The notes under the pieces were generated by a model. The model did not search any database and was not told where the DNA came from. It was given only the letters and a program-made list of their open reading frames with translations. Below, piece after piece: positions 26,888 to 32,000 of a stretch of 32,000 nucleotides of DNA (position 1 is its first letter; each line of letters starts with the position of its first letter). The stretch comes from Deinococcus radiodurans R1 = ATCC 13939 = DSM 20539 (GTDB lineage: Bacteria; Deinococcota; Deinococci; Deinococcales; Deinococcaceae). Both the position numbers and the translations under genes were made by a program. Location: contig NC_000958.1 of NCBI RefSeq assembly GCF_000008565.1, positions 103,431 through 135,430 on the forward strand, in the 5' to 3' direction.

Positions 26888-29248
26888 ATGACGGCCGGCG
26901 CACAGCGGGCTGACAAGCGGCCCACACAGTGCAAAGCCGTGAAACCCACATTCCTCGGTTGGTCAGTGACCCTCACCCTTTCCCTTTGCTCGGCCTCAGC
27001 GCTGGGCGGCGGCGCGGCGCCTGTGACTGCTGCCCCTGTGTCTGCGGCGCCCAGCACTGCGGCTCCTACTGCGTCCGTTCCTCGACCCACCCTGGTCGGC
27101 TACGCGGAGCTGAAAGCCGACACCTTTGCTCAGGGACCGGCGAGCGGGGCCTGGAACGGCGGCCTGCGTGGGGAAGCGCGGTTTCAGGGCCAGCCGGTGC
27201 AGGGGTTTTCCGGCGTGCAGCGTGACCCCCAGGGTCAGGGGTTCATTTTCCTGAGCGACAACGGCTTCGGAGCGAAAAACAACTCTGCAGATTACCTGTT
27301 GCGGCTCTATCGGGTGAGCCTGACCCCCGGTACCCCGGCGGCGCGGACAGGCAGCGTCAAGGTGGGCAGCTTTATTGGGCTCCGTGACCCTGACAAGAAG
27401 GTGCCCTGGCAAATCGTGAACGAGGCGAGCGGCGAGCGATTGCTGACCGGGGCCGACTTTGACGTGGAGGGCTTTGCGTTCGCTCCTGACGGCACCCTGT
27501 GGATTGGTGACGAATTCGGGCCATTCTTGCTGCATTTCTCGGCGGACGGGCGGCTGCTCGAAGCCCCCATAGCCACGCCCAACCTTCCTGGCTTGCCCAC
27601 CCTGCGTGGGCAGGCGCCCATCGTCATCGGCCACCGGGGCAGTTCAGGCACCCGGCCCGAACACACGCTGGAGTCCTACCGGACGGCCATCGAGGCGGGG
27701 GCCGACTTTATCGAGCCCGACCTGGTGGTCACCAAAGATGGCGTGCTCGTCGCCCGGCACGAGCCGGTCATCGCTGCCGTGGACGAGACGGGCAAGGTAC
27801 TAGAAGCCACCACCGATGTGGCGACGCGGCCCGAATTCAGGGACCGGCTGACCACCAAGACGCTCGACGGCGTGAAGGTGCACGGCTATTTCGTGGAAGA
27901 CTTTACCCTCGCCGAGCTGCGGACGCTGCGGGCAGTGGAGCGGCTTCCACAGCTGCGCGGCAAAGCCTACGACGGCCAGTTCACGGTGCCCACGCTGGAA
28001 GAAATCATCGCACTCGTTCGTGATGTAGAGGCCAAAACCGGGCGCAAGGTGGGCATCTATCCAGAAACGAAGCACCCTACCTACATGGCCGAAGTGGCAA
28101 AGGTCAACACCTCGCAACTTTTGATTGACACCCTCAAGCGGCTGAATTTCACCGACCCTGCCCGCGTCTTTATCCAGTCGTTTGAGGTGGGCAACCTCAA
28201 AGACCTCAACACCAGAATCATGCCGGCGGCGGGCGTCAAGTTGCCCCTGGTGCAGCTGATTTCCAGCCCCGACGAGGCGCCTTACGACTGGGCAGCGGCG
28301 GGGGACGGGCGCAAGTACGACGCGCTGACGAACGACGCGTCGCTGCGCGAGATCGCCACCTACGCCAATGGCGTGGGAGCGTACAAGCGCTGGATTATTG
28401 ACGGCGAGGGTCACACCACCGATTTCGTGACGCGCGCACACACCGCCGGGCTCCTCGTACATTCCTGGACTTTCCGCAACGAGCCGACCTACCTGCTGCC
28501 GACGTACAAGAACGACCCCGAAGCCGAGATGCGCCAAGCCCTGCGAGCGGGCGTGGACGGCCTGTTTACCGATTTCCCGGCCACCGGCGCCAAAGTGGTT
28601 GGGCAATACACGGCCCCCGAGGTGCGCAGCCCACAGCACCCGGCGTTTGCCCAGGGCCTGAGCAGCGCGGCAGCGAATCTGCCCGCGAGCGGCGGCTTTG
28701 AGGGCTTTGCCATCGCGCCCGGCGGCAAACTTGCCTACGGCCTGCTGGAAAAGACGGTGGCGGGCGACCCGGCGGGGCAACTGCGCCTGATGCGCTACGA
28801 CCTCGGCACGCGGCACTGGGCGCTGGCGGGCCGCTACGTGCTGGAACAGGGTGGCGAGGCGATTGGCGACCTGACGCCCGTGAACGACTCGCAGATGCTG
28901 GTGATCGAGCGCGACAACGGTCAGGGGGAAACGGCCAAGTTCAAGCGGCTGTATCTGATTGACCTCGCGGCCAAAAATGCCGACGGCACCCTGCGTAAGA
29001 CCCTGGTGGCCGACCTGATGGCGCTCGCCGATCCGCGTGGCCTGGCACCAAGCACCCGGGGCGGCGTCTTTTCCTTCCCCTACTTCACCATCGAAAACGT
29101 GCTGGTGCTCGGCCCCGACACCCTGCTCGTCGCCAACGACAACAATTACCCGGCAACCGGTGGGCGCGGCGCAGACGTCAAAGACCAAACCGAGTTCCTA
29201 TGGATCAAGCTTCCCACGGCGCTCAAGCTGGCGCCCGCTTATCACTGA
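26888..29248 (+). CDS. secreted glycerophosphodiester phosphodiesterase (GDPD) domain embedded in a phytase-like/esterase-like domain (786 aa)
   Basis: GDPD core IVIGHRGSSGTRPEHTLESY..AIEAGADFIEPDLVVTKDGVLVARHE and FTDFP. Flanking FDVEGFAFAPDGTLWIGDEFGP and GFEGFAIAPGG...LLVANDNNYP are phytase-like segments. An alternative GTG start at 26939 gives a signal/lipobox-like VKPTFLGWSVTLTLSLCSA. Confidence 0.8.
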   Translation: MTAGAQRADKRPTQCKAVKPTFLGWSVTLTLSLCSASALGGGAAPVTAAPVSAAPSTAAPTASVPRPTLVGYAELKADTFAQGPASGAWNGGLRGEARFQGQPVQGFSGVQRDPQGQGFIFLSDNGFGAKNNSADYLLRLYRVSLTPGTPAARTGSVKVGSFIGLRDPDKKVPWQIVNEASGERLLTGADFDVEGFAFAPDGTLWIGDEFGPFLLHFSADGRLLEAPIATPNLPGLPTLRGQAPIVIGHRGSSGTRPEHTLESYRTAIEAGADFIEPDLVVTKDGVLVARHEPVIAAVDETGKVLEATTDVATRPEFRDRLTTKTLDGVKVHGYFVEDFTLAELRTLRAVERLPQLRGKAYDGQFTVPTLEEIIALVRDVEAKTGRKVGIYPETKHPTYMAEVAKVNTSQLLIDTLKRLNFTDPARVFIQSFEVGNLKDLNTRIMPAAGVKLPLVQLISSPDEAPYDWAAAGDGRKYDALTNDASLREIATYANGVGAYKRWIIDGEGHTTDFVTRAHTAGLLVHSWTFRNEPTYLLPTYKNDPEAEMRQALRAGVDGLFTDFPATGAKVVGQYTAPEVRSPQHPAFAQGLSSAAANLPASGGFEGFAIAPGGKLAYGLLEKTVAGDPAGQLRLMRYDLGTRHWALAGRYVLEQGGEAIGDLTPVNDSQMLVIERDNGQGETAKFKRLYLIDLAAKNADGTLRKTLVADLMALADPRGLAPSTRGGVFSFPYFTIENVLVLGPDTLLVANDNNYPATGGRGADVKDQTEFLWIKLPTALKLAPAYH

Positions 29249-29428
29249 GGCGGTTGGAACAGCTGGCTGAGCCGTGCTTGTCAGTGACAACCTGCCCTCA
29301 CCCATACGCATGTCGGTACTCGATACGAGGCACCTGTGCCTGACTCAATTCTCTATCTGGAAGATGTTGTGCTGACAGGCGTGCCCCAAGTCATAAGAGA
29401 AGAGCAATGCCTGGGAGGGGCGTCTAGG

Positions 29429-30028
29429 ATGACCGCAGTTTCCCTTCGGTATCCTCTGGGCATGATCTCCTTGCGCTGGCGGTCAAACGACCCACGACTG
29501 GTGTTGCTGGTCATGGGTGGCCTGTTCGCGCTGGGCGGTGGTGTGATGCTCATGGTCCACGTGCAGGAACGCACCCGTTTGAGCACCGCGCAGCGAACCT
29601 GGCAGCAAACCCAGGCCCTCATCACTCGGTCCCAGGTCCGCAGTGTCAGCGACCGCCACGGCGTGATGTATCAACCGGACGTCACCTACGTCTACCAGAG
29701 CGGGGGCCGGAACTATCAGGGAATCGCCCTGGATCCGCTGAGCGACAACAACTACCGCACCTCAAGCTTCAACGCCGTGCAGCGCAGCCTGCAGCCATAT
29801 CAGGAGGGCACAACGGTTCCGCTGTACTTCGATCCACAGAATCCGGGCCAGAGTGCTCTGAGCCTGACGAGGAGCACTCCCCCACTCTCCCTCTGGCTTG
29901 GCGTGACCTTCTTCCTGCTTGGCCTGAGTGGCCTCCTGATCGGTGCACGGTGGAGAACAAAGAGACGCCAGATCGTTACCAAGCCAGGACACCAAGACGC
30001 AAAGGGCTCTCCCGGCCCGCGGGATTGA
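29429..30028 (+). CDS. DUF3592-like membrane protein (about 199 aa)
   Basis: TM helix LVLLVMGGLFALGGGVMLMV. Then a beta-rich core W..T.A.I..S.V......G..YQPDVTYVY...G.....I........PLYFDP.NP..S.L. Then a second TM. The start codon is uncertain (ORF open from 29336). Confidence 0.6.
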   Translation: MTAVSLRYPLGMISLRWRSNDPRLVLLVMGGLFALGGGVMLMVHVQERTRLSTAQRTWQQTQALITRSQVRSVSDRHGVMYQPDVTYVYQSGGRNYQGIALDPLSDNNYRTSSFNAVQRSLQPYQEGTTVPLYFDPQNPGQSALSLTRSTPPLSLWLGVTFFLLGLSGLLIGARWRTKRRQIVTKPGHQDAKGSPGPRD

Positions 30029-30073
30029 GTCAGTTTTGTGTCGGTGGAGTTAAGGCTCACCACCGGAGGCAAA

Positions 30074-30229
30074 CCCGTGACAATCAGGAGAACCCACACC
30101 ACCGAATTCAAACGTCAAGTTACCGAACTGGCCCTGTTTGAAGGGAGCTCCTCCCAACCGCGAAGTGAGGCGTTTCACGAGCTATGCAGTAGAAATGCAC
30201 CAATGTCAGGCAGTGTCGGCACTTTTTGA
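30074..30229 (+). pseudogene. possible remnant of an IS3-family orfA (helix-turn-helix transposase N-terminus)
   Basis: RRTHTTEFKRQVTELALFEG resembles the R.YS.EFK..AV.L motif of IS3 OrfA proteins. It degenerates quickly and no orfB follows. Confidence 0.3.
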
Positions 30230-30284
30230 GGCCGCTAGCGGGCCTGGGGAGCGGGAAAAGAGATAGAAATCTACTGTCCTGACC

Positions 30285-31356
30285 TATAGATAACGTGTAA
30301 AGTCGGTAGCGAAGTGGGTAGACTCCAGGCATGCCTCAAGTGTGGCAACCTAATCGGCTTACCCGGCAACAACTCGAAGAACGTCGTCTCGCGGCGCAGC
30401 CCCTCCTGAATAATCCCGAGTGGACGACCGCTTCCATTGCTGAGCATTTTGGCGTCAAACCCAGTACTGTGCGCGTTTGGCGAGTTCGCCTCAGCGAAAG
30501 AGGGTCGCTTGAAGCGACCCTCTCTTCCGGACGCCCAGCTTGGCTCAATGATGCCCAGGTCGCAGAAATTATTGAGCTTCTCCAACAGGGTCCAGACCCA
30601 GAACGTTTTCCCGATGGTCGCTGGACGACAGAGCGCGTCCGTGACGTGATCGGTCTCAAATTCGATGTGTGGTACGACCATGACTGGATCGGCAAGTTAC
30701 TTCGTCGCTGGGGCTTCTCCTGGCAGAAAGCAGAGAAACACGCGATCGAGCAGAATCCGGAGAAGATCGATGCCTGGCTGGAAGAAGAACTTCCAGCCCT
30801 GGAAAAAAAAGGTCGAAGCTGGCGAAACGATCGTCTGGGCAGATGAAGTCGGTTTCAGCATGAAACCGATCTTGGGAAGCACCTGGGCTCGAACAGGACA
30901 GACCCCAGTGATCTTCGCCAAAACCGAGTGGAGGAAGCTGTCAACGATTGGCGGCATCACTTCAGCAGGACAGTTCTTTCAGCAGACCCATGAAGGCTCC
31001 ATCAAAGCCGATGACGTCGTCGCTTATTTGGCCCACCTCCTGCGGCATATTGCTGGATCAGTCACCGTGGTATTCGACAACGCCCGAATTCACCGCGCCA
31101 AGGTCGTCCAAGAGTTCCTGAAAGTGAACCCGCGGCTCAGCATCGTTTATTTGCCACCGTATACACCTGAGTTCAATCCCATTGAGCAGGTCTGGGCCTA
31201 TGTCAAACGACATCTGCTGGCGAATTGCTGTCCAGCGAGTGTGCAGGAACTCAAAGTTTTCCTTCGTTCTGCTTGGCGGAAGGTGCGTTATCGCCGCTTA
31301 CCAGCAAAACTCCTCGGCATCACCGAGGAGTTTCTGACTTAACACGTTATCTATAA
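30285..31356 (+). mobile_element. IS630/Tc1-mariner-family insertion sequence (about 1.07 kb) with TA flanks
   Basis: TATAGATAACGTGT (30285-30298) is inverted as ACACGTTATCTATA (31343-31356). The outermost TA dinucleotides fit a TA target duplication. Confidence 0.85.
30331..31342 (+). pseudogene. IS630-family transposase split into two frames at an A8 tract
   Basis: The HTH part (30331-30846) ends ...LPALEKKGRSW*. The DDE part continues in the +1 frame as KKKVEAGETIVWADEVGF...VVFDNARIHR...PPYTPEFNPIE. The switch point is A8 at 30803-30810. Confidence 0.8.
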
Positions 31357-31454
31357 AGTTGCAATGCTACGTCGAGGTTCGGAACTTCCCACTTCAGAAC
31401 CTCGTGCTCAGAAGCTGCTTCTGGGTGGGCGAATTCGCTACTTTGCGTTTCGTA

Positions 31455-32000
31455 CAATGGTTCGTGCAGTTTTGAGCCCAAAAGGAAAGACCCATTGAAA
31501 ATGGAGCTGTGAAATCACCGCTTCCAATGGGTCTGATGGCCATCCTACAGTACGTTCTCAGCGCGGTCCCGCTGCGCAAGACGCAGCGGAATTTCCTGAC
31601 CGTGCTGCTCAGCGTTTTTCTCGCTGTTCCTGGACGGCTGAACGCCCTGAATCTCTCCCGGTATGCAGCCTGCTCGGAGAGTACGATTCGTCGTTGGCTG
31701 CACCGAAGTGACGATGGGGCCATTCCGTGGGGCGCGTTACACCAGGCGACTGTCAGTACAGCAATCGAGAGTGGGCTGATCAGCCCACTGTGCGTTCTGG
31801 CCATCGACGCCTCTTTTCACCGCAAAGCCGGTCAGCACACCGCACACCTCGGCTCGTTCTGGAATGGCTGTGCCGCGCGGACCGAACGCGGAATCGAGCA
31901 ATCCTGTTGTGCCCTCATTGATGTCCAGCACCGGCAGGCCTTGACGGTCGATGTCCGTCAGACCCTGACCGGGTCTGAGGCTCCAACTCGTCTGGAACAG
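31455..32000 (+). mobile_element. intact 5' end of the second IS (same family and orientation as 19632-20874), continues past the window
   Basis: Left IR CAATGGTTCGTGCAGTTTTGAGC starts at 31455. The sequence from 31533 repeats 19632 onward, and ORFs 31727-31921 and 19826-20020 give identical peptides. Confidence 0.85.
31527..32000 (+). CDS. DDE transposase of the second IS, N-terminal part (3' end outside window)
   Basis: ATG GGT CTG ATG GCC ATC... gives MGLMAILQYVLSAVPLRKTQRNFL, identical from residue 3 onward to the truncated copy. Confidence 0.85.
   Translation, partial: MGLMAILQYVLSAVPLRKTQRNFLTVLLSVFLAVPGRLNALNLSRYAACSESTIRRWLHRSDDGAIPWGALHQATVSTAIESGLISPLCVLAIDASFHRKAGQHTAHLGSFWNGCAARTERGIEQSCCALIDVQHRQALTVDVRQTLTGSEAPTRLEQ

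Noticed and set aside
31357-31454. Hairpin CGAGGTTC...GAACCTCG and a GCGAATTCGC motif between the IS630 and the second IS copy. GCGAATTCGC also occurs at 20811.
   Set aside because: These are short, isolated matches. No T-tract or further similarity supports a terminator or an IS-related repeat.

Overview
High-GC (about 67% in lines I counted) bacterial accessory DNA. The gene content looks like a Deinococcus megaplasmid; from memory it resembles the D. radiodurans DRB008x-DRB011x neighbourhood, but no search was possible. In order, the window holds:

- **kdp locus (1-4692):** a non-canonically ordered K+ pump locus: kdpB 3' end, an AT-rich foreign-looking island, then kdpF-kdpA-kdpC and a truncated kdpD.
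- **4904-10821:** a secreted hypothetical protein, an OmpR-type two-component pair, a signal-peptide Dps and a membrane GGDEF cyclase.
- **Two nucleic-acid end-processing modules:**
  - A 342-aa RNA ligase coupled to a DEDDh exonuclease whose reading frame is broken.
  - An overlapping operon of ligase-like, PARG-type macrodomain and HD+P-loop kinase genes.
- **IS-scarred region (17121-20874):** a copper amine oxidase pseudogene split by a 168-bp MITE and 5'-truncated by an IS4-like element. That element abuts a 5'-truncated copy of a second IS.
- **About 10.6-kb segment (20875-31454):** bracketed by direct copies of that second IS. It carries a tyrosine recombinase, a candidate cobalamin riboswitch ahead of thioesterase-nrdI-nrdE-nrdF-redoxin, a GDPD/phytase-like exoprotein, a DUF3592-like protein and a frameshifted IS630 element.

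No CRISPR array, rRNA gene or intact tRNA gene was seen. Most long ORFs antisense to these genes are high-GC shadow ORFs.
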